A DNA stretch of 64,000 nt, from NCBI GenBank assembly GCA_030390025.1, contig CM059436.1:57226001-57290000 (forward strand), written 5' to 3'. The position numbers and the translations under genes are program-made. The notes beneath the pieces were generated by a model. That model searched no databases, was not told the origin of the DNA, and worked only from the letters and a program-made list of their open reading frames with translations. This document shows positions 1 through 11,476 of the stretch, piece by piece (positions within the stretch are counted from its first letter, which is position 1; the number at the start of each line of letters is the position of its first letter). The stretch comes from Squalus acanthias. Its lineage: Eukaryota.

Positions 1-2103
1 CCTATTAAAACAATTACTCTCTCTCACCCTGGCCATTCCCCCTGGTACGGGCCTCATCTTCACTCCCTTAAGTCCAAGAGACGGAGACTTGAACAGATAT
101 GGCAGACAACTGGTTTAGCCATTCACCGCCAGATCTGGCTGGACCACATAAAGCATTATCGGGTCCTGCTCTCATTTGCCAAAATTGCTCACTACTCCAG
201 AATCATTCTGGAATGCAAAGATAAACCCTGACTTCTATTCTCCACTGCTAACCGTCTTCTTAAACCCCTCTCTGTCTCCTCCACCCTCACCTCCGACAAC
301 AAGTGAGGAGTGCATGAACTTCTTTGTCTCTAAGATTGAGACCATCCGTTCAGCTGCCTCTGCCACTTCCCTTCCTTCCCCTAGCCCACCGAGCCAAACT
401 TCCTCTAAGGTTCCCCCCCGCCCTAGCCCTGAACTCACATCTTTCTCCAGTTTCTCTCTGATCTCCCCTCATGACCTCATCTTGTCCATGAGACCCACTT
501 CCTGCTCCCTCGACCCTATTCCCACCAAACTGCTGACCACCCAACTTCCTTTTCTGGCTCCCATGTTAGCTGACATTGTTAACGGTTCTCTCTCCTCAAG
601 TACTGTCCCCCTCTCCCTCAAATCTGCCGTCATCACCCCTCTCCTCAAAAAACCAACCCTTTACCCCTCCGTCCTTGCAAACTATCACCCCATCTCCAAC
701 CTCCCTTTCCTCTCCAAAGTCCTTGAACGTATTGTCGCCTCTCAAATCCGTGCCCATCTTTCCCACAACTCCATGTTTGAATCCCTCCAATCAGGTTTCC
801 GCCCCTGCCACAGTACCAAAATGGCTCTCAAAGTCACAAATGACATCCTTTGTGACTGTGACAAAGGTAAACTATCCCTCCTCGACTTGTCTGCAGCCTT
901 TGACATGGTTGACCACTCCATCCTTCTCCAACACCTCTCCACCGTCGTCCAGCTGGGTAGGACTGCACGCGCCTGGTTCCATTCTTATCTATCTAATCGT
1001 AGCCAGAGAATCACCTGCAACAGCTTCTCTTCCTGCTCCCGCATCGTTACCTCTGGTGGCCCCCAAGGATCTATCCTTGGCCTCCTCCTTTTTCTCATCT
1101 ACATGCTGCCCCTTGGTGACATCATCCGAAAACACAGCATCAGTTTCCACATGTACGCTGACGACACCCAGCTCTACCTCACCACCACTTCTCTCGACCC
1201 TTCCACGGTCTCTAAATTGTCTGACTGCTTGTCTAATATGCAGTTCTGGATGAGCAGAAATTTTCACCAATTAAATATTGGGAAGACCGAAGCCATTGTT
1301 TCCAGTCCCCACCACAAACTTTGTTCCCTAGCCACTGACTCCATCCCTCTCTCTAACATCCGTCTGAGGCTGAACGACACTGTTCGCAACCTTGGTGTCA
1401 TATGACCCTGAAATGAGCTTCCGACCACATATCCACAGCATAACTAACAACGCCTATTTCTACCTCCGTAACATCGCCCGTCTCCGCCCTTGCCTCAGCT
1501 CATCTGCTGCTGAAACTCTCATCCATGCCTTTGTTACCTCTAGACTTGACTATTCCTGGCTGGCCTCCACATTCTAACCTACGTAAACTTGAGATCATCC
1601 AAAACTCGGCTGCCTGTGTCCTAACTCGCACCAAGTCCCAGTCACCATCACCCGTGCTCACTGATGTCCATTAGCTCCCAGTTAACCAACGCCTTGATTT
1701 CAAAATTCTCATCCTCGTTTTCAAATCCCTCCATAGCCTCGCCCCTCCCTATCTCTGTAATCTCCTCCAGCCCCACAAACCCCCGAGCTATCTGCGCTCC
1801 TCTAATTCTGCCCTCTTGAGCATCCCTGATTATAATCGCTCAACCTTTGGTGGCCGTGCCTTCTGTTGCCTCGGCCCTAAGCTCTGGAATTCCCTCCCTA
1901 AATCTCTCCGCCTCTCTACCGCGCTTTCCTCCTTTAAGACGCTCCTTAAAACCTACCTCTTTGACCAAGCTTTTGGTCATCTGCCCTAATTTCTCCTTAG
2001 GTGGCTCAGTGTAAAAGATTTTTTATCTTAAAATACTCCTGTGCAGCACCTTGGGACGTTTTACTACGTTAAAGGCGCTATATAAATACAAGTTGTTGTT
2101 GTT
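1..2103 (+). mobile_element. L2-clade LINE, 3' portion (5' end outside or truncated), decayed
   Basis: ORF 176-1405 has non-LTR RT motifs (YHPISNLPFLSKVLE, QSGFRPCHST, LLDLSAAFDMVDH, PQGSILG, YADDTQLY). It continues after a frameshift (1392-1577, LIHAFVTSRLDY) and ends in AAAGGCGCTATATAAATACAAG(TTG)n at about 2071-2103. Confidence 0.95.
176..1577 (+). pseudogene. Disrupted L2 ORF2 reverse transcriptase fragment
   Basis: YADD catalytic motif is present, but there are small deletions, a stop/frameshift near 1400 and further disruption after 1577. No endonuclease domain lies in the window. Confidence 0.9.
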
Positions 2104-4844
2104 AGAGCACAAATGAATCTCTCTTATTTACAAATTAAATATTTAAAGTTTAAAAGTTCCACATTATTCCACACCTCAACTTACATGTTGATATTTTAAA
2201 AATCATGTATACCTCTTTTATAATAAACTTTTGCTGCCAAATCTCAGTTTGTTCCTCACCTAGTTAGTGCTAGCATAGTCACTCCTGTGAAGTATAAGAC
2301 TAATTCTAGCCAACTTCTAATGGCATGCCCTGACGCTCATCATCTGAACTCCATGGTACTAGAACATATTTCAGTATACATCATTTTTGAAATATCAATT
2401 TTACTAAGCAAGATCGCACTATAAAACCCGATAAGGCTACTTTTTCTCCAAACCAGGCAACTACAGCAAGATGGAAGTGATGGGGTGTTCCGGCTTTAAG
2501 CCAGACCCTCACCAGTCATGAAGTTAGAAGCCAACATCTGAAGCTTTGGACCCTGTTCTTAGTTTGTTAATGTTGTAGAATGCAAGAAGAGGGCAAGATA
2601 TTAAAAACCAAACTAGTTAGTAAAATTCTTTCAGGAAAGGCATGTCCACAGAACCTTTACACTGGTTCATCCTTCATTAAAGGGGAAGAGCAGTCTTAAT
2701 TGGAGAGCAATGATAATAAGCATTGTGGAACCAATTCACTACTTCATGCAGAGGAAGGCTTTTGCAGTTCATACATTCCTTTTTTGGAATTGCTCTTTTA
2801 TTTCAGTACAACACTGCTAATGGACTAATAAAAAATCTTGACCTGAGAAGCTATTTTGTTTTCTTTTCAAAACTGGAATTTGTAACAGTAAAGATTGTGG
2901 CTAGTAATCATTCAAATATTTAATTTTACCAGCAGCACACAACTAAAACCAAATAATTTCTATTAGAACAAAACAAAGCTGGATTAGACAGAAATAAAAT
3001 TAGGCAAGCAGAAAACATATTATTTAAGTTTAAAGTTTTCCAGCCCGAGACATTAAATATGTCAAGGAAGTAGGACCAGAGACGACAAATGAAAATGAGT
3101 GAAAAGTGATTTTAAATATGAGGCACAACTTTTTACTCAAAGATTGATAGTGTTTGGAATAATCTACCAATTAACGAAATAGGTAGAAAACATTGAAATT
3201 ATTCAAAATACAGTTAATGCGAGAACAGTAGAGTTGATGAGCCAACTTTTCTTACGTTCTCGTCCTTGACTTTTCTTAGGTTTTTATAAAGGATAATCAA
3301 TTACTGACCAGAAGATACAAAGCAAAGACTCAATCGAGCTGTTCTGATGCAAATCTGAAGCTCAGTCCACCAAGTGTCACTCATTACGAGTGCCAATCAC
3401 TCATTTAGATTTAAAATTGTGCCCTATTTTGATGTATGTCAGTCTTAAAAATAAACACACAGGTCCATACATTTAAATGGGTTTGCAAGCCATGTCACTC
3501 TTACTGTTCATAAATGCCACTCCTAACATTCCCCTGGTGTTGACAGCTCTGGAACAGGTTTATGAGCGTCGGCAGAATTGAGAGACTGAATTATTACCTT
3601 GTATCTCACTGTCAGATATTTGTCATTCTCTCTCAAGTTTACTTGAGCCAACATAATATAGGTGAAAGGGTGATAAAGAGGATGGTGATGGAGGAGCTGA
3701 CATACATGACTGTGCAAGGATATCTTCAGCTCCCACATCACATTATAGTCACATCGGACAGAACACTGGTTGGATGACGATCAGTTTGCATGAATGCCAT
3801 GCGGTGAATTTCCTCTCTTGGCCATGCCATCATGGAGAGTCACTGAACAGAGGCCAGACACTTCCACACTCAGGAGTGAGAAGAGAGAAAAAAAGCATAG
3901 CCAGTCTTAGTAACATGTGATCTGGGAAAAGGCCTGGAATTGGGTCACCAGCTGGGAACATTGCGCAATGTGGAAGAAAGGTATAAATAAGAAAAAGATC
4001 ACTGATCAAAGGTTATTACAAAATACATTCAAAACTAGCAATAGATTACCAGTAAGTCTATCTTTCATTGTACAGCCTGTGTTGCAATTCTGTGATAGAT
4101 CACATAGTTGATCTTATTACTATTAGCCACACAAAATAAATTAACTTTGTCGCATAAACCCAGGAAGCCATCAAGTGATGAGAGCAGCTCCCTACATTCT
4201 GCAGGGATTCTTACAGCAATGTGCACAGTAACAAGAATCACATGCTTCTACAGAGTTTGACAACCCACAAACCAATAAGAAAGCCAGTTTCCCCTCAGCA
4301 AACATAGCCCCTCCTGAATACATCAAGCTAACTGATTAGTCAGTTTCCCCAAGACTTCACAAGCTCCTTATTCCAGGCTCGACTGTGCAGCCTGACTCTG
4401 ACAGTAAGACAGCACTCGTCTTTCTCCAGTACCTAATCATCTCTTTTTGATGACATTTAAAATATTCATCTGGACCAATAATTGCAGCAGTAATTGGTAG
4501 CCTCGTCAACCCAGAAGATTATTGATCAACACTCTGCTAGTTTAGCCTAATAAATATATTAAAATAAACAGTTTATTTATTTATTTTTTAAATTGAGTTT
4601 TGGCAGCCTAATTGTAGCTGCTTACTAACAAAAGCATTTTGACAAAAATGTGGGCCAAGTTAGAAAACAATCACCCTGAAAATACCAAACCAGTGAAACG
4701 CACTGATATGATGTGGGTTGGATATTACTGAGAGATAGCATGAATACCTCAATAATTCCTACCCATTTTGGAGATAAATCAAACACAAAAAATGAGAACT
4801 GCAGCCTTGCCTCCGAGACTATTTTTTAAAACCATTTTTCCTCT

Positions 4845-5172
4845 CGTTTTTTTCCCCTTCCCCTAGTACATCACCCTAGTAGCCATTATTCATCCATGGG
4901 CCTTGACAGTGAGTGCGGGCAGGATCCAGCCAAGCCCAATCCTGCCCTCACCCAAGCCCAATCCTGCCCTCAGACACTTCCAGTAGCGATCAATGTATCG
5001 TGAGCAGAAGCATGAACCTTGCCTGATTTGCCTTTCTCTAACCCATGGGTGCTGCAGCGCATCCTCATGCCATGTGAGATCAGCCAACTCGGCAATTACT
5101 GGGGATAGATGCTGGGGCCTTCCTGGACCATATGGCTCGGAGATGGAGACAATGCCTTGCCATTCCAGCTAA
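4845..5172 (-). mobile_element. tRNA-headed SINE, multi-copy family 'C' (degraded)
   Basis: The reverse complement matches the copies at 22755, 24405 and 43530 (ctcagccag, gttc.tgctc.tgatc.ctat, aggattgggcttggctg, cactcactgtc.aggc). Confidence 0.6.
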
Positions 5173-7247
5173 GCTGCATTTTTTACAAATATAGAATCAG
5201 AGCCATTTTGTCACAAATGGTTTGCTGGCCGTGCAATGAAAGTTGGGGTAAGCTCGAGAAGAGCTTCTAAGATAACAAAACCCAGGTTTCAGCCCATGGG
5301 TTTCAAAGTTAGAAAAATTCCAATAAAGCAATATTTTGCTCCCATTTGCAGTTCATTTCTCTGACAGTTTAGGTGCACCCTTCGCGCTATACTCATGCAT
5401 TGGAGTCCTGCAGGAAGTAGGTCATCCGAGTCAGAGGAGTGGCACTAACTGCAGCTATGGAGAGGTCTGCAGGCTGGACCGTCTCACCCGGAGAAAGGGT
5501 AGCCAGGATATGGGGAGAATTCTACCTCATGATAGTTCAACTCTGAAAATAAAGAGAAATCTAAAACCAATTCATTCTACACCAAACAGTAACGAGTTGG
5601 ATTCAAAACGACACATTTCTCCATGTCTGTAGAATCAAATACATCGGTCAGAAGGTAGTTTCTAGAATATTTGATTCAAGTTTGAGTCAGCAGTTATGGC
5701 AAAAATAGTGAGAATGAATGCAACTCCAAACTGAACTGGATCTCTAGTGTAAAGGAGTATTAGTTAGTGCAATCTGGATTAATCCTGGTTAATCCGATGC
5801 TGCACCTCTGCTATTGTCATCCCATCATCCTGCTGCATCTTAAATCAAGATTATGATCTTTTAAGCAGGGGCACACTAGACTGTAGATTAACAGGCTCCC
5901 ATTTCTTCTAAGTAATGAGAACGTCTAGTGATTAAGCCTGGTCTAACATGGCTAAACTGCTGGGTAGGAGCATCTGTTTTACCCACAGGACTACATTTTT
6001 ATTGTTGGATTAAACGGCGTCACATGAACCAGCTCGTGAGATCCAATTAGTTGCTAAGAAAAGGGTTCAATATCATTCGTTTCACATTTTGCTCCCTTAA
6101 AGTCGATCTGGTCTCCAAGAGGCTGCTAAAGTCGGAGTTTGTTAGATGTAATGATTAGCTGCAGCTCGACACTTGGAGCGTTGGAGGCGAATGGCAGTAC
6201 AGCTCTGCTCTAATTTGCAGATCCTCAGTTAATTAGAAAGCCCTCAGATTCACACAGATGTGGGTCACTATTGACAGTTCTATCTTTGATGCTTCCTGTG
6301 TGACAGTTGTTGAGCTGACCTTCCCTGAGCTGGCAGGATTACCCAGAATTTTACAGTGTGGGGAATTCAATCACTTCTGCCTTCTCCAACAGGAAGCTAC
6401 TGGCAAGGTTACCACACTGTGCAGTGCTCAACTTCCTCACGTTAAACAAACGCTGACAACATCTGTATTGCCCTCAAACAAAAACTGGTCACGGAAAAGT
6501 TCGAAGAAATTTTGAAAAAAACTTTCTTTTGCATGTGTGGTGAAATAATTTCCTTTGAGAACTTAATATCTGTGTGTCCAATCTTGTGGTTTGTTTATAA
6601 TTGCTGTGAGGCTTTCAATACAGCAGGACCGCCATTATAAAATGCCCTGTTGGTATACGGTAATATCATGTCACCATCACAGCCTATAAGCAGGACCATG
6701 GTTTATAGTGAATGAATGTCAAATTTCAGTATTTTTACTGATGTTTTAGGGATTGCATCTTGGGATTCCATCTGTTTATAATTACAGCTGGTGGTTTAAG
6801 GTGACTGAATAAGTTCAATTCTGTTTTTCTTATGTGGGATTCCAGAATCTTTATTGGTGTTTTGGAAATCACATTCTGTGATTCGGTCCCTTTTTTCCCC
6901 CATGAAAACCAATGGACTTGTTCATAATATGCAAAAACTCTCAGAATCAAGAAAGAATATAAATCAGATAATGACATTTTCTTGTGTCCAAGTGGGTAAA
7001 AATATCAGGATGTGTCACATGATCCAATGCACGTTCAGCTCACACATCCTTAATCCTTATCCGAAGTCACGCCACATGATTTTCACATTGGGGAAAAAAA
7101 AAATCACAGATCAAAGAAACACACCATTTTGCCAGCAAGAATGTATTTATTTTTAAAAGAAAGATTCACCATCTGGTGTACAGTACAAACTGTAACACCA
7201 ACGGAAACCGGCAAATGAATTTAAATCAATAATATAATTAAAGAGGG

Positions 7248-7470
7248 CTCTGGTGACAAGTATAAACTAACTGAGCTTTGGAGGGGGGTCCCTCTGGTGA
7301 CAAATATAATCTGCCACAGCTTCTGGGCATGAGGAGCTCTGGTGACAGGCATATAGTGCTGGGGTCTCCAAGGGATTCAGGTGACACAATAAGCCGACTA
7401 ACCCATGAGGGGGCGGGTGACAAACACAAAGTGTTCAAGATTTGAGGGTGTTGGTGACACATAAACTAAT
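7248..7470 (+). repeat. Degenerate tandem repeat, six units of 36-45 bp with an invariant GGTGACA core
   Basis: GGTGACA at 7252, 7296, 7341, 7380, 7416 and 7453. The first three read CTCTGGTGACA. Each is usually preceded by a G-rich GAGGG-like block. Confidence 0.75.
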
Positions 7471-7654
7471 AGATCTTCAAGGAGGTGGGAAAAGAGGGTC
7501 AATTAACAGGCCTATAAAGGCTTCACCTGGGCAGCTTCTTATGGTATCTGAATCTCTGGATTGGACTACTCCTTTTAATTTACTTCAAGGCAATCATCTT
7601 TCTCTGGAACTGTCCTTCCCTACTGAAAGAACTGGAGACTGGTAATAGTTAACA

Positions 7655-7835
7655 TTTGAAGGGCTGGGTCGAGCAGCGTCTTTTCACCTCCGGGATCTAG
7701 GTTCAATTCCCGTGCAAACTGAAGGGATGAAAGTCTCCTCACTCTGCTGGCTACAAGGGTCTGTCTAAGCAGAGTTCCTTGATGGCATGGGTCCACAATA
7801 CAACAATGCTTAATTCAGCACAAAATTATCAATAA
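7655..7835 (+). mobile_element. LF-SINE-like element fragment
   Basis: CTTTTCACCTCCGGGATCTAGGTTCAATTCC...TGAAAGTC...AGTTCCT...GGTCCACA resembles the LF-SINE head as I recall it. A similar copy is at 18360. Confidence 0.5.
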
Positions 7836-9164
7836 TCTGGCTGCACCCAGAGTGCTTGATGCTGATATCCCACATTTGATGAACAGGCAAAAAGCAGTGT
7901 GTATATACAAAATGGTGGACTTAAAGGCTCCCAAACAAAGACCCCATTAACTTCTAGGCAGTCAAGAGATACAATTCTATATCACTCAGATCCTGTTGCC
8001 CCATTTTAAGAAATCAAGCATTACGGTTTATATGGGATTGTGTTTTCTAAACTCTCTTCTGTGTGCGTGATGAAAAACAGAAAACAGAGTGACAGGAGCA
8101 AATGCATGAAGCCAAAGCTGCCCCCCTCCCCAGAGTTGTTTTTCATTGTTAAAGCATCTCATTCACCAGATTTTGTGAAAAAGTATAACATTTTATTTAA
8201 AGTGGTAGTGAGCGTCACAATCAGAGTCTCTAGCCTAGATTTTAGGATCTGCATTATTTGAATGTTGGTGGTAATCCATTTATTTTGAATGGGATACCAC
8301 CAGCATTAAAATAATGCCAATCGGAAATCTAAGCTTCAGGGTCTTGCAACCTATACTAAAAATACTTCTGGGCTGTAGCAGGCAGTGCCGGTTGGGATAA
8401 TTGCAAGTGTTCGCAGTAACAAGTTTCAGTTCACAAATTAACATCAATTATCTAGGGTTAGATTTCCAATTAAAGGGAATGTTGTAGTTAAGTCCCTACA
8501 TCTACTTTTATTTTCATATTTTAAATAGCTTTAACTCTAAATTATTTTTGGCTTGCAAAGCGCAATTACTTTAAGTCCAAGATGCTGGAAAATGCACCTA
8601 ATCAAATGTCAAAAATGAACATTTTCTAGAGTGGGCATGTCGTCAAACTCCACTAGATATTAAATCTCAAGCCTTCAGCACTTACATCCTCCCTCAGTAA
8701 TTTCTAAATTGATCGCTGTTGTAAACTGTGCTTTTTTCCCTGCAATAAAAGTGATCGAATGTTGGGTCCATTTGCAGGTTAAGTAATGACAAGCCTATGT
8801 CACAATGCACTTTCAGTCTAACTCCTTGTCTTCACAGATCATAAAGTCTATATCCAGGGCAGTTGTTTGAGTTTTAAGCTTTTTGGGGGCCCTAGTCAAT
8901 CATTTTGAAACTGTTAGTGAGCTTTTACTAGTTTCCTACGTGGTGTGTATATCTCATTTATTTCAACACGAGGGAAGGTTCGGTAAAGTTTCTTACACAA
9001 CATATACTCATATTCAAAATAGACAGCATGGGAAAGAGACTTGCCAAAAGCACACAATTCTGAAACATAAAAACAGGAATTTACAATAATGTCTCATTTC
9101 TTTGCCAACCATTTTAGACTACTTTTGTCTTAATGCAGTTGGCTGAAGACTTGAATTGATAGCA

Positions 9165-9274
9165 ATCCTACATTACAACAGTGACTACACTTCAAAAGTA
9201 CTTCATTGGCTGTAAAGCGCTTTGGGACGTCCAGAGGACGTGAAAGGCGCTATATAAATGCAAATCTTTCTTTC
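9165..9274 (+). mobile_element. Deu-SINE (SacSINE1/AmnSINE1-type) 3' fragment
   Basis: CCTACATTACAACAGTGACTACACTTCAAAAGTACTTCATTGGCTGTAAAGCGCTTTGGGACGTCC...AAGGCGCTATATAAATGCAAATCTTTCTTTC is nearly identical to the tail of the full copy at 29255-29717. Confidence 0.9.
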
Positions 9275-10505
9275 AGTGACATAGCAATTTAACAGTACTG
9301 GCTACTTGCCGTGTCCCAGAGTTGTTAGGAGTTTCATTGATTCTTGGCTGAGCCACCAGAGAAAGTATAAACATACAAAAGTACATCCTAATGTGGGGCC
9401 TAATGCCTGTTTTAGGACTCCTCGGAGAAACATAGCAGCAGCCTGCTCAGGTTTTCCCCAACGTGGGTGCAGCCTACAAACCAGCCGACATCAAACAATC
9501 ACATTTTCATTTTTTCCCCAAAATTCACGTGGAGTGCGAAGAGGCAGGAGTGCTCCTCCCAGCTTCACAGTAATGGCAGGAGTGATCAGATGCCCTTCCG
9601 CTGTGCCGCCCCCCAGTATTTACCTGAAATGGGAAAGCTGCCTTGAAAGACAGAGCCTCTCCCTCAGTACTGCACTGAAGGCTCAGCCTGGATTATGTAT
9701 GCAGATGGAGCACAATGTTCGGACTCGTGGCGGCTCGCCTAAATTATTGAAATGAGGCCAGAGGCCGATTTTTGGCTGTCCTCGGGCCTCCCGGTTGGGG
9801 CGCGCTAACTGTGCTGCGCCAATTCTGGGCCTGAAATCGAGCCTGGACAGATTTCTACCCGTCAGTGTTGAGATAAACTCAATTTAATGAGCTTTTGCAT
9901 ACACAGGTGGACACATTTCATAGGCCAGTAAAACAGAACTCCTTTAATCGGTTTTTCTGCTAGCTCTAGTTTATACTTGCTGGTATTAATGGAGATTGTG
10001 TTGAAGTACTTCAAAAAGATCTGAATGGAAGCACCAGGGCTCTCTGTGAAGAATCCATTTCTCTCTCTTTTGTTTCCAATACATTGGCCATGACATCCTA
10101 GTAGAAGAGATTTTTGTTTGAGATCTATCATGTCACTGCCCAGTTGTGTTACTAACTACTCTTTTTGGGAAAGGTTTTCAAACGATGTTTACACTTGCTG
10201 TAAATGAGAAGGTGATGTCTCTTCTCCAATACGTATTGAAATTAATTGTTGTTGTTTGGTAACTTAAGGTGAATATGCAGAGTACCTCACAGCAATCCAA
10301 GTGTTAAAATCAATAACTACTTTTACATTGTGACAGTTTGGCTCAATTAATGCACTCTCACCGCTGAGTCAGAACATTGTGCCCCACTCCAAAATCTGCA
10401 CACACAATCCGGGCTGACCCTTCAGTGCAATACTGAGGGGGAGGCTCTGTCTTTCAAATGACACATTAAATGAAGGCCCCATCTTCTTATTCAGGTAGAC
10501 ATAAA

Positions 10506-11136
10506 GGCCCCGATATTTACGGGGAGTTGGGGAGGGAGTGGTGGCGCATGTTTGCGGAGAGGGAACTCAAAAAATGCCGGGTACACGGAGGTCCTAATGA
10601 ATTTAACGGCAGGACCATTTTATCATTTTCCCGCCCAGCAGCTGGACAGATTGAGAGGCTGGCCGGCTGCCGGGCGGGACAGCCAGCAGTAGAAGGCCAC
10701 AGCTGGGGACCGCTAGGGTCAGTCCCCGGCAATCAGAAAAGATGGGGGCATGGTGGGGGTGGGGGGCACGGAGCGCGGCAGCGAGGGAAAGATCGGGGGG
10801 GCGGGGGAGTTCGGAAAAATCGCAGCAAAAGATTTGTTGCGATGCCAGGGGAAGCACTCCTGCTCCTCCTGGCCCACAAGCAGTGCTGGAAAAGCACTTA
10901 CCTGCTGGATCTGGCAGTTCCCGCCTCTCTTTAGCTGCCGGGTTTCCCGAGCCCTGCATTAAATTCAAATGGCTGCCAAAATCTGAGGAACGGAGCCTCA
11001 TTTATTCACTCGGACACCCCAAACCCGCCACGGTTAAACCGGAAGCAGGCGTGTTAGCGGCGGATTGGGGTTGGGTTTCAAATATCTACTGATTTAACCC
11101 CTCCCCCGCCCATCGTGGGGGATTAAAATTGCCTCC
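10506..11136. mobile_element. GC-rich non-autonomous DNA transposon (MITE-like, possibly PIF/Harbinger type)
   Basis: An abrupt CpG-rich block interrupts the SINE at ACATAAA|AAAAGATCCC (3-bp AAA duplication). Ends are GGCCCCGATATTT and AAAATTGCCTCC, an imperfect inverted pair. Confidence 0.6.
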
Positions 11137-11217
11137 AAAAGATCCCAAGACACTATTGAAGAGCAAAAGTGAGAAGTCGCACAACACCAGGTTATAGTCC
11201 AACAGCTTTATTTGAAA

Positions 11218-11254
11218 TCACAAGCTTTCGGAGCGCTGCTCCTTCGTCAGGTGA
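11218..11254 (-). ncRNA. Identical minimal hammerhead motif on the opposite strand (left hairpin arm)
   Basis: Exact reverse complement of 11440-11476. Confidence 0.75.
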
Positions 11255-11439
11255 AGTGAAGAAATACATATGGGCACAGCATATATAGACAGAGAACACT
11301 GCCAGACACCATCCACACCTTTGATTGCCGTGATTGTCTCTCTGCCGAGGTGTGATAAAGGGCAGTTAGAAAGATTAACTGTAGTCGTCTGGTAGTATTC
11401 TCTGACTATATATGCTGTGCCCATATGTATTTCTTCACT

Positions 11440-11476
11440 TCACCTGACGAAGGAGCAGCGCTCCGAAAGCTTGTGA
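11440..11476 (+). ncRNA. Minimal (dimer-type) hammerhead ribozyme motif
   Basis: UCAC-CUGACGA-A-GGAGC(AGC)GCUCC-GAAA-GC-UU-GUGA: catalytic boxes CUGANGA and GAAA, 5-bp stem II, stem I UCAC/GUGA, loopless palindromic stem III AGCU, predicted cleavage triplet CUU. Confidence 0.75.

Noticed and set aside
176-1405. 409-aa ORF as a host protein-coding gene or active RT
   Set aside because: It is an L2 ORF2 fragment with a non-ATG start, internal deletions and a downstream frameshift.
7248-7470. CRISPR-like repeat-spacer array
   Set aside because: The conserved core is only 7-11 bp, the spacers are partly related to each other, there are no cas genes, and the context is vertebrate.
10470-11092. 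Overlapping 116-154 aa ORFs
   Set aside because: They lie in a GC-rich MITE-like insert where stops are rare, and show no recognisable domain.
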